DNA of 64,000 nt from Eledone cirrhosa. Taxonomy: Eukaryota. Position 1 is the stretch's first letter, and each line of letters starts with the position of its first letter. The notes beneath the pieces are model-generated. The model made no database searches, was not told where the DNA came from, and saw only the letters and a list, made by a program, of their open reading frames with translations. Below, in pieces: positions 1-13,267 of the stretch. The position numbers and the translations under genes are program-made. The stretch covers positions 36,208,001-36,272,000 of the forward strand of contig OZ024755.1 in assembly GCA_964016885.1 (NCBI GenBank), written 5' to 3'.

Positions 1-109
1 AAGTTGCAAAGCAAGCAACTTAACCACACAGCAAGCCATTCCGACATGAAGCAAAAATAAATATACAAACAAACTGTTCAATCCTTCCTAACTTATGTGA
101 TACCAAGTA

Positions 110-322
110 ATCATCATCATTGTTTTACATCCATTTTTCCACTCTAGCATGGGTTAGTCAAGTTGTTGTGGGCAATGCAAGGTCAGGTAACCATGTCTTG
201 CTCATACAGAACTGATTCTGGCTTTGTTTCTACAGCTGGATGCCCTTCCTAACACCAACCTCATTTACAGTGTGGACTGGGTGCTTTTTTGCCATGACAC
301 CTACACGACCACTTTACAGTGG
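110..322 (-). mobile_element. Partial SINE with RTE-like (ATG)n tail
   Basis: Contains ctacagctggatgcccttcctaacaccaacc, shared with copies at 12.3, 28.4, 33.7, 45.7, 48.7 and 54.8 kb; (CAT)n tail at the left end. Confidence 0.6.
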
Positions 323-497
323 GAAAGGGGTGGAGGCACACTGTATATATATGCTTCAGCTTTGGTCTGTACCCGTGGGGAGTTGGGAAGTCTGGTTGGA
401 AGTAAAAGTGTAGACATCTAACATAGCTCCGCGCTGGCATTTACTGTACTGAAACACATTGGCACAGCGTACCTGTAGCTTCATGGAACTCTTGTGA

Positions 498-803
498 TCA
501 TCATCATCATCATCATCATCATCATTTTACATCCGCTTTTCCCTGCTTGCAAGGGTGGGACGGGTCCTTTTCAGCACAGCATCTCTCCACTTTTCCCGGT
601 CCTTCGTCATCTCCTCTGTGAGCTTCAGCAATTTGAGGTCAGCTCTCACCACCTCCACCCATGATTTTCATAGTCTTTCTCTACTGCGTCTTCCTTCCAC
701 CAGAATTTCTTGGCACTTCTTTACCCAGCGGTCATCTTCCATGTGCATCACATGTCCATACCAACACTGTCTTCTCTCCTGCACATTAGTTTATCCCTCT
801 TAT
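498..803 (-). mobile_element. RTE-clade LINE 3' fragment
   Basis: Minus strand encodes the WYGHVM..VKKCQEI..GR C-terminal segment and ends in cccacccttgcaagcagggaaaagcgga plus (ATG)n, like the other RTE copies. Confidence 0.85.
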
Positions 804-1113
804 ACATAGCTTCACTCTCAATTTGTCCATACTTGTTCATTGACATACATTGACATTGATATTTGATTATCATCGTATCAGAGACACAAAGACAATCCTT
901 CTTCAATAGAATTGAATATTTCTGGAACATTTAACTCATTTATATTTTCACCACAAATAATTGTTCTACTGTTTCAGATTAAATATTAACTGCCTTACAT
1001 TCACTTTATCATTGTACCTCTCCAGATCTAACAGGCGCCATAAATATATCTAGCAATGAATACTTCCCCAGGAAAAAATAAAAGCAAAAAAACAAACATA
1101 CATAATACACTAC

Positions 1114-1588
<475 letters not shown>

Positions 1589-1627
1589 TGAAATATAAGA
1601 ATCAAAGAACTGTTCAAAACATTATTG

Positions 1628-1674
1628 TGCTTACAGCTGTTTCCTCCAAACCGAGGTTTGGATTCTTCGGAGCA
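1628..1674 (-). ncRNA. Hammerhead ribozyme, inverted copy of 2064-2110
   Basis: Exact reverse complement of 2064-2110. Confidence 0.7.
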
Positions 1675-2063
1675 ATTTATTAATGCATGGACAGTTATAT
1701 GACCTCCTTTTCAGCCGAGAGACATACCAATACATATTCAAACATTGATACATATTCAAACATTGTGGGTCAACATTCATTACAGAATTTAGAGTGGCAG
1801 TACACACTTCGAGATTACATTTATATTAATAGGTACAATCAAAAATCAAAGATATAGGTTAAAGTACAACATGAAGATAAGTGGTTATATAGTGCAAATG
1901 TTATATGTGTGGCACGCATGTGCGTCTTGTTTATATAGTGTGGCAGAGAGATATGTGTGGTAGAGGCACTTAGGTAGGTAAATAAGAGTGTTAGGTTGGT
2001 AGATCTGGTGGCAAAGTCTTTATATGAAAAGGAGGTCATATAACTGTCCATGCATTAATAAAT

Positions 2064-2110
2064 TGCTCCGAAGAATCCAAACCTCGGTTTGGAGGAAACA
2101 GCTGTAAGCA
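2064..2110 (+). ncRNA. Minimal type I hammerhead ribozyme (CCGAAGA core variant)
   Basis: tgct-CCGAAGA-a-tccaaacc/ggtttgga-g-GAAA-cagctg-TA-agca: stem I tgct/agca and palindromic stem III. Confidence 0.7.
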
Positions 2111-2343
2111 CAATAATGTTTTGAACAGTTCTTTGATTCTTATATTTCATATAACTGCTCTGTAAATCATCTGATGTTTTTACATTGAGCTACTTAACTT
2201 ACTGGTAATAAGGTAGTAATACATTACTGCCTACCACTATTTAGGGTGTGTGTAAAATACTTACAACTGCTTAAGGTTTTGTGTTTACATAACCATAAAT
2301 AGTATAACTAATACTATATATATATATATATATATTATATATA

Positions 2344-2385
<42 letters not shown>

Positions 2386-2554
2386 AATGTTTACAATTAC
2401 TGAACAAGTCATATATTGTTCTTGAAATTGCACGATAGTCTCCAATGATAGAAATCCCCACCCACGCCCACGCCCCCGCCCACCATATTCAGACTGTAAG
2501 ATTCAATTCTATTTGTATGCATACATTTCATGCAGAGTACTGTCAAGCAGGTAT

Positions 2555-3070
2555 GGATACAGCAGCAGTAGCAAGATGTGTAAATATGAAAATACTCTCT
2601 TGACAGGTGCAATATGTCCAAACACGGAAGGGCCAAACTCCCACTGTCATCGCCTCCATCTCTCTCTCGCCCTCCTCATCTCACTGTATAGTGAGCAAAT
2701 GGGGTCCCACCTGCTGGCCTCCTCACAACCCCGGCGGACAGGATGGAGAAGGCGTTTCCCCGGAAGATGGAAGAGGGGATACGCTGGAAGAGCCATTCCA
2801 TCTCGTATGGCCAGCTCGGCACCTATGGTGGTGAGTAGGGAGGTAGCCCTGGGGCTAATGACACCAGAAGTCTCCACTGCCAAGGGCATGACCGCAAAGC
2901 TGTCGGACAGCAACCTGTACTTGGAGAGTTTGACCTCCTCAGCTCAAAGTGCAGCAGACCCTCCTCAGCTCGACGTCCAGCAGAACCTGGGTGCAGCTGG
3001 AGAAAGTGTCGTTGCAAGTGGCATCCCAGACGAGAGGTTTGCCCCCATGGAACGGGAAGATGGTCAAACC
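2555..3070 (-). mobile_element. 5'-truncated CRE-clade non-LTR retrotransposon (restriction-like endonuclease C-terminus, frameshifted)
   Basis: Minus frames give DGLTIFPFHGGKPLVWDATCNDTF, GSAAL*AEEVKLSKYRLL, MPLAVETSG and WLFQRI..IFRENAFSIL; 13-bp direct repeat gtcaagcaggtat at 2542-2554 and 3071-3083. Confidence 0.8.
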
Positions 3071-3083
3071 GTCAAGCAGGTAT

Positions 3084-3420
3084 TCTCACACAATCAGCCC
3101 AACATTTCTTTCGCCTTTCCTATATATTTGGTTATATTCAAGTCTAGCCAACTTACTAAGTGAATGTGCTTCACTGAGGAGATCTAATAAGACCAAAACA
3201 TGTCTGTTGCTTTCCCAAAGATCCACTTCATTGTCAAAAATTGTTAAAAACAACTTGGATCAGCCCAGATTATATATCTCTCTCTTGCTTACTTTTCACA
3301 ATTTGAACACCCCTACACAGAGATTTGGTCCTGAAATTATGTGGAATGTATTGGTTGGTTGAGGAATGTTTTCCTCCTTCACCATATTCAGACTGTGAGA
3401 GTAAAGTAATGAGTGTCTTC
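3084..3420 (-). pseudogene. Decayed coding-like segment interrupted by the CRE insertion (continues at about 2490-2554); weak GVIN1-like resemblance
   Basis: NFRTKSLCRGVQIV, then FDNEVDLWESNRHVLVLLDLLSE..VGLIV*EYLLDSTLHEMY reads through once the CRE is removed; family guess from memory only. Confidence 0.35.
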
Positions 3421-3987
3421 AGGTGATGCACCCAGAATAATCTCTTCCATGGCACAACAATGGAAGAGGTGTTTTGTGGAAGTCTAGCAGTCACCCATGC
3501 ATGCCAGTCTCCTCTCTCCACACCCCAGTGTCACCCAAGGGCCGACACAGTGTGGCAACAGTGAAGTCACAATTTATTTTTACAACTGAGTGAAATAGAC
3601 TGTCTTGCTCAAGGACACAGTGCATCACCTAATCCAGGAATTGAACCCACAATCTCAGGATTGGGAATCCAATTCTCTAACCGCTAAAACTGTGAGAGTA
3701 TTAAACAATGATGATGATATATATCATCATCATCATCATCATCACTCGTTTTACATCCACTTTCTTCGCATTAGTTGCCAACACTTGCTTTTATTATTTT
3801 TGGCAGTATTGGTAGAGTGTCAGACACCATACTTTGCAGCATAGAGTTATGGCCCTTTACGCTTTGAGTTCAAATCCCTCCGATGTTAACTTTGCCTTTT
3901 ATCTTTACGGGATCGATAAAATAAAGTACCAGTAATGCACTGGGGGTAATTGCTGGCCTTGTGCCAAAAGTAGAAACAATTAGCATT

Positions 3988-4617
3988 TAACCCTTTAATG
4001 TTCAAACCGGCCAAAACCGGCCAGGATTCTCTACCTCTTTCTGTTGAAACTGGCTGTAACCAGTCGCTCAAACTGATGTTAAGGTATTGTTCTCAAAATA
4101 AATAATATCAAAATCTCATAGATTCGATATTATTTGAGATATTATGTGAGGTAAAGCCTTTACAATGAAAATATAATAGTATATATAAAATAATTGTTTC
4201 TACTTTTGGCACAAGGCCAGCAAATACCCAGTGCATTACTGGTACTTTATTTTATCGACCCCGGAAGGATGAAAGGCAAAGTTAACCTCGGCGGGATTTG
4301 AACTCAGATCATACAGGGAGGTAACTCTATGCTTCAAAGCATGGCATCCGACCCTATACCGATACTGCCAATCCACCGCCTTAGTATATATAAAATAATG
4401 TGAATGCTAAAGGGTTAAACCAGCCATAGCCAGCCAGAATACTCTCACCTCTTTCTGTTCAAACTGGCTGTAACGAGCCACTCATACAGATGTATATAAA
4501 TAATAATATCAAAATAAATAACATCAAAATCTCATAGATTCGATATTATGTGAGGTAAAACCTTTACCTTGAAAATACAATAGTAAATATAGAGTAATGT
4601 AAATACTAAAGGGTTAA
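3988..4617. mobile_element. Two abutting TTAA-flanked (piggyBac-type) MITEs with a nested SINE
   Basis: Termini TTAACCCTTTA...TAAAGGGTTAA; family recurs more than 12 times in the window. Confidence 0.75.
4195..4381 (-). mobile_element. tRNA-derived SINE, full length, 18-bp TSD
   Basis: B-box GAGTTCAAATCCC, central gcctttcatcctt.cggggtcgataaa domain; TSD tagtatatataaaataat at 4177-4194 and 4382-4399. Confidence 0.9.
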
Positions 4618-4677
4618 TCCAACAGTCTCTCTCTTCTACTTTGCTCTGACAAACTCTTCTCCTGCCAACTCACTGTT

Positions 4678-5706
4678 AGCTTGGCACCAGTGACATCACA
4701 ACTATATATATAATATATACACTATATATATACACTATATATATATTATATATAATGTTGTCCAAGGGAAAGGCAATGGCAGATATAGCTTGGCACCAGT
4801 GACATCACAACTATATATATAATATATACACTATATATATACACTATATATATATTATATATAATGTTGTCCAAGGGAAAGGCAATGGCAGACATAGCTT
4901 GGCACCACTGACATCACAACTATATATATAATATATACACTATATATATATTATATATAATGTTGTCCAAGGGAAAGGCAATGGCAGATATAGCTTGGCA
5001 CCAGTGACATCACAACTATATATATAATATATACACTATATATATGCACTATATATATATTATATATAATGTTGTCCAAGGGAAAGGCAATGGCAGATAT
5101 AGCTTGGCACCACTGACATCACAACTATATATATAATATATACACTATATATATGCACTATATATATATTATATATAATGTTGTCCAAGGGAAAGGCAAT
5201 GGCAGATATAGCTTGGCACCACTGACATCACAACTATATATATAATATATACACTATATATATGCACTATATATATATTATATATAATGTTGTCCAAGGG
5301 AAAGGCAATGGCAGATATAGCTTGGCACCACTGACATCACAACTATATATATAATATATACACTATATATATGCACTATATATATATTATATATAATGTT
5401 GTCCAAGGGAAAGGCAATGGCAGATATAGCTTGGCACCACTGACATCACAACTATATATATAATATATACACTATATATATACACTATATATATATTATA
5501 TATAATGTTGTCCAAGGGAAAGGCAATGGCAGATATAGCTTGGCACCAGTGACATCGCAACTCATTTCTACAGCTGAGTGAACTGGAGCAATGTGAAATA
5601 AAGTGCCTTGTTGAAGAACACAACAAAAAGCTTGGTCTGAGAATCGAACGCACAGCCTCATGATTATAAGCCCGATGCTCTAACCACTAAGCCATGTACC
5701 TTCACA
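4678..5706 (-). mobile_element. CORE-type SINE containing an 8 x ~109-bp tandem array
   Basis: tRNA-like head and CORE-like cactttatttcacattgctccagttcactcagctgtagaaatgag at about 5560-5706; units start at 4681, 4790, 4899, 4995, 5104, 5213, 5322 and 5431. Confidence 0.8.
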
Positions 5707-5808
5707 TACACTGAGTAGGTCAAAATTAAATTGGTTATGCCATTCCTTAACTCAGGCCCAACATACTTACATTAATACAAACTGGCAACATTTCTAACAT
5801 TTGATGTA

Positions 5809-6612
5809 ACAAAACTCTGATTCCATCAGGGAAATGGCCATGTTCGATATGTAGAAAAGGAACTGGCATAAATTCCATAAAATGTATGCAATGCAGATCT
5901 TGGGTACACAAGAGATGTAGTGCATAGCAGGCAAACCAACAGGTGAGGAAAACTACATATGCAGTAGATGTTCAGGGAAATTTGACAGTAGAAGTCGCAG
6001 TGATAGACACATTTATCAAATGCAGGTAGGATCTATAGAGGTGGTTGATAGCTTCCGGTATCTAGGTGATCAGATTAGCAAAGGAGGAAGGTGCTCTGAG
6101 GCCATAGTATCTAGAATAAGGACGGGTTGGAAGAAGTTTAGGGAGTTGCTTCCTCTAATGACAAAGAAGGGTCTCTCCCTATGAACGAAAGGCCGATTAT
6201 ATGATGTATGTGTGAGATGCGCGATGCTGCATGGTAATGAGACATGGGCAGCAACTGCGGAGGATATGAAATAGCTGAGAGAAATGAAGCAAGCATAGAT
6301 GAGTTGAGAGAGAAACTGTATAAGAGGGATAAGCTGTAGTGTGCAGGAGAGAAGACTGCATTGGTATGGATATGTGATGCGCTTGGAAGATGACAGCTGG
6401 GTAAAGAAGTGCCAAGAAATCCCAGTGGAAGGAAGACGCAGTAGAGGAAGACCACGGAAATCATGGGCGGAGGTGGTCAGAACTGACCTCAGATCGTTGA
6501 AGCTCACGGCAGAGATGACGAAGGACTGTGATGAATGGAGAGATGCTGAATAGGACCCATCCCACCCTTGCAAGCAGGGAAAAGCAGACGTAAAAAAAAA
6601 TGATGATGATGA
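5809..6612 (+). mobile_element. RTE-clade LINE 3' fragment with PHD-like finger and RT end (disrupted)
   Basis: GKWPCSICRKG..CMQCRSWVHKRC..YICSRC, then EVVDSFRYLGD, then ERRLHWYGYVMR..GRPRKSW; (ATG)n tail. Confidence 0.9.
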
Positions 6613-7485
6613 TATAAACTCACAAGAATTGCCTATGTATTAGTTTTAAAATAAAGTTATTATTCCCATTTCTTAACAGTAATCCAATTATGGCCTACAC
6701 TGTAAACACACCAAACACCCACCAACCCCTCACACAATCAATAGTTTCCTTTCAAAAATCAATATTTTAAGAATTGTTTTCTTGCTCATTCAATTTTTTT
6801 TTCAATTTACTTTCAAATCATCTTTCATATATTTTCCCCATCCCTAATAAACATGAACATAAAATGTTTCAGTTTTGACAGTTTAATTTAATTTTTCTAA
6901 AAAATATCTATAGGAACATACGAGAGGGTGGGGGGAGGGGGAGAGAGGGGGGAGACTGTCACCAATTTTCAAATTACAGAAAAACAATAGATAAAAAAAT
7001 TGTAGTGGGATGGAGGGGTGTGTGTGTGTGTGTGGTGAGGTGGTGCGTCAAAGGGTGTGCGGTGGGGATGGGGTTGATGGGTGTGCGGTTGGGTGTTGGC
7101 TGGGGAGGAGGGGCGTATGTGGGGTGGAACGATGTGCGGTGTGGTGGGGTGGGGGAAAGAGGTGTGTGTTGGGGTGGAGAGGTTTGCCGTAGGGTGGAGG
7201 GGGGGAGGGGGGGGGGGGGGGGATTTGAAGGTGGTATGGCGGGATTTGAAGGTGGTATGGCGGGATTTGAAGGTGGTGTGGTGGGATTTGAAGGTGGTGT
7301 GTGGTGTGCTGTGGTGGAGAGGTGGTAGAACAATAAGGCAATATGTGATGTAATGTAGGTAAAAGAAAGCAGAGTGGGGGTCTATGAATGAATCTACAAC
7401 AAATATTGTCCTCAATTTCTGGGTTTTTAAACACAGCTGAATAAATATTACTAATGGAGAAAGAAAGCCAGTATAAATATATAAT

Positions 7486-7670
7486 TGTTTCTACGTTAGG
7501 CACAAGGCCAGCAATTACCCAGTGCATTACTGGTACTTTATTTTATCGACCCCGTAAGGATGAAAGGCAAAGTTAACCTTGGCGGGATTTGAACTCATAA
7601 TGGCAAGGGCCGTAACTCTATACGTCAAAGCATGGCGTCCGACCCTCTACCAATACTGCCAATCCACCGC
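7486..7670 (-). mobile_element. tRNA-derived SINE, 18-bp TSD
   Basis: Same family as 4195; TSD ccagtataaatatataat on both sides. Confidence 0.9.
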
Positions 7671-7713
7671 CCAGTATAAATATATAATGAACTTTGACCA
7701 AGTGCAAAGTAGT

Positions 7714-8121
7714 TTAACCCTTTAGCATTTAAATCGACCATATCTGGCCAGAATACTCTCACCTCTTTCTGTTCAAACTGGCTGTAACCAGCCACTCTTA
7801 CTGATGTTAAGGTATTGTTCTCAAAATAAATAATATAAAAATCTCATAGATTCGATATTATGTAAGCTAATTATGTGAGGTAAAGCCTTTACCATGAAAA
7901 TACAATAGTATATATAGAATAATGTAAATGTTATGAGATATTATGTGAGACAATTATGTGTGGTAAAGCCTTTACAGTGAAAATACAATAGTATATATAG
8001 AGTAATGTAAATGTTATGTGAGATATTATGTGAGATATTATGTGAGATATTATGTGAGGTAAAGCCTTTTCCATGAAAATACAATAGTATATATAGAGTA
8101 ATGTAAATGGTAAAGGGCTAA
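7714..8121. mobile_element. TTAA MITE with internal duplications
   Basis: ttaaccctttagcattta...gtaaagggctaa termini. Confidence 0.7.
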
Positions 8122-8804
8122 TATATGTCAGGTCACTCTTGAGTGCTACTGGTAACATGTAACCCAGTACATCCTGTCACATGGTTGGGTTGTCGGCGAC
8201 TAAACCGGCAACCTTTACTTGGTAGGGTGGGTGATTTTGGACACCCTGCAGGACAAAACACAAAACCTGACAAAAAACGGAAGAACTCATAAGAGTCAAC
8301 GGCCATCTAAAAAACCATTCCTACCAAATCAATGGGTGGCAGTAGTTCCAGCTACACACATCAAAAGACTGGTGTAGTGGTTCTGAGAACAATGTGGCTT
8401 TGCAGATGATCAATACAAATTGACAATGGAAATGCACTCCCGCTTGAGTTAGAAGAGAACTATTGACCTTCAGGAGAAGCAGTGACCCCTGATTGTATTC
8501 AGCAACTGAAACAATAGTTTAATATATTGGTTCAGGTCTCATCCCTCAGGGAGAAGGGGGGGAGGCGCAACACTTCTGCCCTCTTGCCCTAGGCAATCAC
8601 CCCCACCCCCCTCACCTGCGACACCAGAGCTCCTGCCATCCCCTCCCCATCCTTTTTCTTGTTTCTTTCTCTTTTTTCTCTATATTTCCCTATACTTTTT
8701 TTCCTTTTGTTTCCCTTATTATTATTTTTTTTTTTTTATTGTTTATATATATATATGTTTCTATGTCTTTTTTTTCTTTTTCATTTCTTACATAAATAAT
8801 AAAA

Positions 8805-8965
8805 ATCTTTACACGTACAAAACGCACATCGTACCGTCCTGTGCCGTCTGTAATGTTTTTCTTGATGTCAGCCCTTGTGGCCAGTAAAGAAATCATTATT
8901 ATTATTATTGCCATTGTTATAGTTGTCATTATTTTATTTTTATTATTATTGTTATTGTTGTTATT
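8805..8965 (+). mobile_element. Tx1-type LINE 3' end
   Basis: gtaccgtcctgtgccgtc...gcccttgtggccagtaaagaaatc(att)n matches the 3' end at 63830-63900. Confidence 0.7.
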
Positions 8966-9440
8966 AAGAAAGAAATAGCTTATATTCACTTCCTCTTATT
9001 TCACTGTGACCCTTTAGTTAACAAACTGCCTAGCGATTAAAGGCCCAACCACACACACACACACACATTTGTTTTAGGTTTTGTACCCATTTGATGTAAG
9101 ATGAATTCAGCATTTTATTTGAGATGTAATTTGACAGGGGGTGGGGGTGGAGGGGAACAAACAAGTTTGCACCCAAAGGGGGCGCTGGCTGAGAGAAGGT
9201 TGGGAAACCCTGCATTAACTGGACTTGTCACAAGAAGACTGGATCAATGAGCTCTGCACCAAATATGTGGTGGTGTTATCTTGAGAGGAATCAATACTAG
9301 GTGGGTTTACCTTAACATCAACTTACCCTGAGTCAACCCTTTACTATTTACATTACTTATCTGACATTACTGATCCTCACCTGTTCAACACATGCCACCA
9401 TAAAGAGTGAGTGTAAGATGGTGGCGATGATGATGATAAT

Positions 9441-9999
9441 AATTGTTTCTACTTTTGGCACAAGGCCAGCAATTACCCCAGTGCATGACTGGTACTTTAT
9501 TTTATCGATCCCGTAAGGGACGTAACTCTATGCTGCAAAGCATGGCGCCCAACCCTCTACCGATACTGCCAATCCAATTATAATTGTTACCACTTTTGGC
9601 ACAAGGCCAGCAATTACCCCAGTGCATGACTGGTACTTTATTTTATCGATCCCGTAAGGGACGTAACTCTATGCTGCAAAGCATGGCGTCCAACCCTCTA
9701 CCGATACTGCCAATCCAATTATAATTGTTACCACTTTTGGCACAAGGCCAGCAATTACCCCAGTGCATGACTGGTACTTTATTTTATCGATCCCGTAAGG
9801 GACGTAACTCTATGCTGCAAAGCATGGCGTCCGACCCTCTACCGATACTGCCAATCCAATTATAATTGTTACCACTTTTGGCACAAGGCCAGCAATTACC
9901 CCAGTGCATGACTGGTACTTTATTTTATCGATCCCGTAAGGGACGTAACTCTATGCTGCAAAGCAACGCATCCGACCCTCTACCGATACTGCCAATCCA
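9441..9999 (-). repeat. 4 x 141-bp tandem of an internally deleted SINE
   Basis: Units start at 9441, 9582, 9723 and 9864; each lacks the B-box segment. Confidence 0.9.
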
Positions 10000-10212
10000 A
10001 TAGTGTTTGCTAACTGATGTTGTGTTTGTGTCTTGGGTGATAACTGGAATAACATTGTCATGTGATCACTGTTGGATATGTTTTGAAGTATTTGGTGATA
10101 AACATTCATGTTTGCCTGACAGGGGGGGGGGGGGGTATCTGTAAAGACTGACAGAGTAAATGGTTGTATCAGTTGCATACACACACACACACACACACAT
10201 ACACACACACAC

Positions 10213-10226
<14 letters not shown>

Positions 10227-10246
<20 letters not shown>

Positions 10247-10663
10247 GTTGAGCAAGGGGAGAGAGAGAGGTTGTATCAGCTGCATACTCACACATATATA
10301 TAGAGAGGGAGGGAGTGAGCAGGGAGAGAGATGGAGAGAGAGAGCAGAGAGAGAGAGCGAGCAGAGTGAGCAGAGAGAGAGAGCAGAGAGAGAGAGAGCG
10401 CGCAGAGAGAGAGCAGAGAGAGAGAGCAGAGAGAGAGTGCAGAGAGAGAGAGCAGAGAGAGAGTGCAGAGAGAGAGAGCAGAGAGAGAGAGAGAGTGCAG
10501 AGAGAGAGAGCAGAGAGAGCAGAGAGAGCAGAGAGAGAGCAGAGAGAGAGAGCAGAGAGAGAGAGAGCAGAGAGGGAGAGCAGAGGGAGAGCAGAGAGAG
10601 AGCAGAGAGAGAGCAGAGAGAGAGCAGAGAGAGAGCAGAGAGAGAGAGCGGAGAGAGAGAGAG

Positions 10664-10702
<39 letters not shown>

Positions 10703-10875
10703 CGCGCAGAGAGAGAGCAGAGAGAGAGAGCGCGCAGAGAGAGAGCGCGCAGAAAGAGAGCAGCGAGAGAGTGCTCAGAGAGAGAGCGCAAAGAGAGAGA
10801 GAGCTCAGAGAGAGAGAGCTCAGAGAGAGAGAGCTCAGAGAGAGAGAGCACAGAGAGAGCAGAGAGAGAGAGAGT
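10227..10875. repeat. (GA)n/GCAGAGA compound microsatellite
   Basis: Directly visible. Confidence 0.95.
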
Positions 10876-10946
10876 GTTCGTGAGCAGGAAACCCTACATA
10901 CACAAAAAAAAACATTATGTATGTGTATTCTATATACCACACCATC

Positions 10947-11033
<87 letters not shown>

Positions 11034-11407
11034 GCACATCTAATATATGTGAAAATAGTGATACCACATTGCTATATATATATACCCTCAATTTTGAGCA
11101 TGTGTGTAGAAGCATTTCAACATAAATATGCATTTGTTGTGACTGTGTTGTGTTATAATTATATTATTTAATATAATGAGCCATTTATCACGAGATTTTG
11201 TACGTAAATCAATTTAGAGCAGATATTAACATATTTATTTTATTTTCTAGAAGTATCTATTCCAATAAATACAACATTTTACAGAAACATATGCTGCTAA
11301 TATATGTCCAGTTTCTGAACTGCTGCTCGTTTAAATCTGCTTCTCAATGTTTTGTGATATTATATTTCAAACAAACACACACATGTACACAATATACACA
11401 CATTATA

Positions 11408-11440
<33 letters not shown>

Positions 11441-11626
11441 AGAGATGTATGTACATATATATATATATATGTGTATATACACATATATATGTATGTATAT
11501 GTATATATATATAGAAAGAGAGAGATGTATGTATATATATATGTATATACACATACCTATATATGTATGTATATATTTATATATACATACCTATATATGT
11601 ATGTATCCATATATATGAGTGTGTGT

Positions 11627-11659
<33 letters not shown>

Positions 11660-11999
11660 GAAAGAGAGAGAGATGTATGTGTGTGTATATATATATATAT
11701 ATGTATACGTATGTATGTATATATATATACCTATATATGTATATATATGTGTGTCTGTGTGTGAGTGTATGTGTATATAGAGAGAGAGAGAGAGCTAGAG
11801 AGAGAGAGAGATTAATAGGCATTTATTTAATGTACATTACTATTTGTGAGATAGAATAAAATAATATGACTTTTGAACACAATAAATAAAATATTTATTG
11901 TTTTATATGGAAATAAAAACAATATTACTGATTGTTTCTTCTATTCACCTGCATTTTTTTTTTTTGTTTGTTATTGTTCCTTTTGAGTTTTCTTTTTTA

Positions 12000-12255
12000 C
12001 CTTTCTAACCCATTTATATCCCTATTTTTCATGTTTTCCTGAGTTTCTCTCACAGATTTCAATATTTTCAAATGAATTACTGGAGCTAAAATAATTTTTA
12101 ACTTGAAAACTTCAATCAGTTCTTCATCTCTCTCTCCATTTCATCCAAAACTATAAAACTCTACTACAAAGTCTTGGAGATTTTCGGCTTTAGCTAGAAA
12201 GTCTACTGCAGACAAAATATTAAAGCCCTGCATCCAGGGAACTGGTGAGGACTTG
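12000..12255 (-). pseudogene. Decayed coding-like segment, unidentified
   Basis: PWMQGFNILSAVDFLAKAENLQDFVVEFY, then a stop or frameshift (VLDEMEREMKN in the shifted frame); non-repetitive. Confidence 0.3.
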
Positions 12256-12313
12256 CCTCAGCAACAATTAACCCTTTCGCTACCATATTTCTAATAAAAG
12301 ACATTGCTTGTGA

Positions 12314-12317
<4 letters not shown>

Positions 12318-12356
<39 letters not shown>

Positions 12357-12890
12357 CATCGTTTAATGTCTATCTTCCACGCTAGCATGGGCTAGACGGT
12401 TTTGTTCCATCGGGAGACAGACCATGTCTCGCTCATATGGAAGTGTCTCTGGCAGGTTTTTTTTACAGCTGGATGCCCTTTCTAACACCAACTACCTTGA
12501 CAGTGTGGACTGGGTGCCTTTCTACCATGTCTCCTACATGACTACTTAACAGTGTGGACTGGGTGCCTTTCTACCATGTCTCCTACATGACTACTTAACA
12601 GTGTGGACTGGGTGCCTTTCTACCATGTCTCCTACATGACTACTTAACAGTGTGGACTGGGTGCCTTTCTACCATGTCTCCTACATGACTACTTAACAGT
12701 GTGGACTGGGTGCCTTTCTACCATGTCTCCTACATGACTACTTAACAGTGTGGACTGGGTGCCTTTCTACCATGTCTCCTACATGACTACTTAACAGTGT
12801 GGACTGGGAGCCTTTTTACCATGTCTCCTACACAACCACCATTGCAGTGTGGACTGGGAGCCTTTTTGTTGTGTCATCGACACAGTGGAC
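12318..12890 (-). mobile_element. RTE-tail SINE with ~7 x 49-bp tandem array
   Basis: Unit acagtgtggactgggtgcctttctaccatgtctcctacatgactactta at 12500, 12549, ... 12794. Confidence 0.8.
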
Positions 12891-13026
12891 GGAAATGGGA
12901 GGACGGGGCAGGGTCTGTGGGGGTGGGGTGTATATTGGGTTAAGAGGTCCCTACTGACTGTAGGTTTGTATGCAAGGGAAGGCAGGTCTTCTGTACAACT
13001 GCATGGTGCGAAAGATCTCAATCCAG

Positions 13027-13062
<36 letters not shown>

Positions 13063-13065
<3 letters not shown>

Positions 13066-13267
13066 CAAGGAAATGTGGTAAGGAACCAGGTGGACCATAA
13101 CGCACCAAAGTACTCAATACTTAGGGTAGTAGAGTGGGTAATAGGAACGAGTAGGACCCCGACGGCTGAGCTCAAGCCGTTGCGACGGCTAATTCTGGAC
13201 TAAAAATTTTTAGTCCAGAATTAGCTGTCGAAATGGCTTGAGCTCAGCCGTCGGGGTCCTACTCGTT

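Noticed and set aside
2513-3163. 216-aa plus-strand ORF as a gene
   Set aside because: It is the antisense shadow of the GC-rich CRE fragment.
9951-11125. Long RE/SL-rich ORFs
   Set aside because: Translations of a (GA)n microsatellite.
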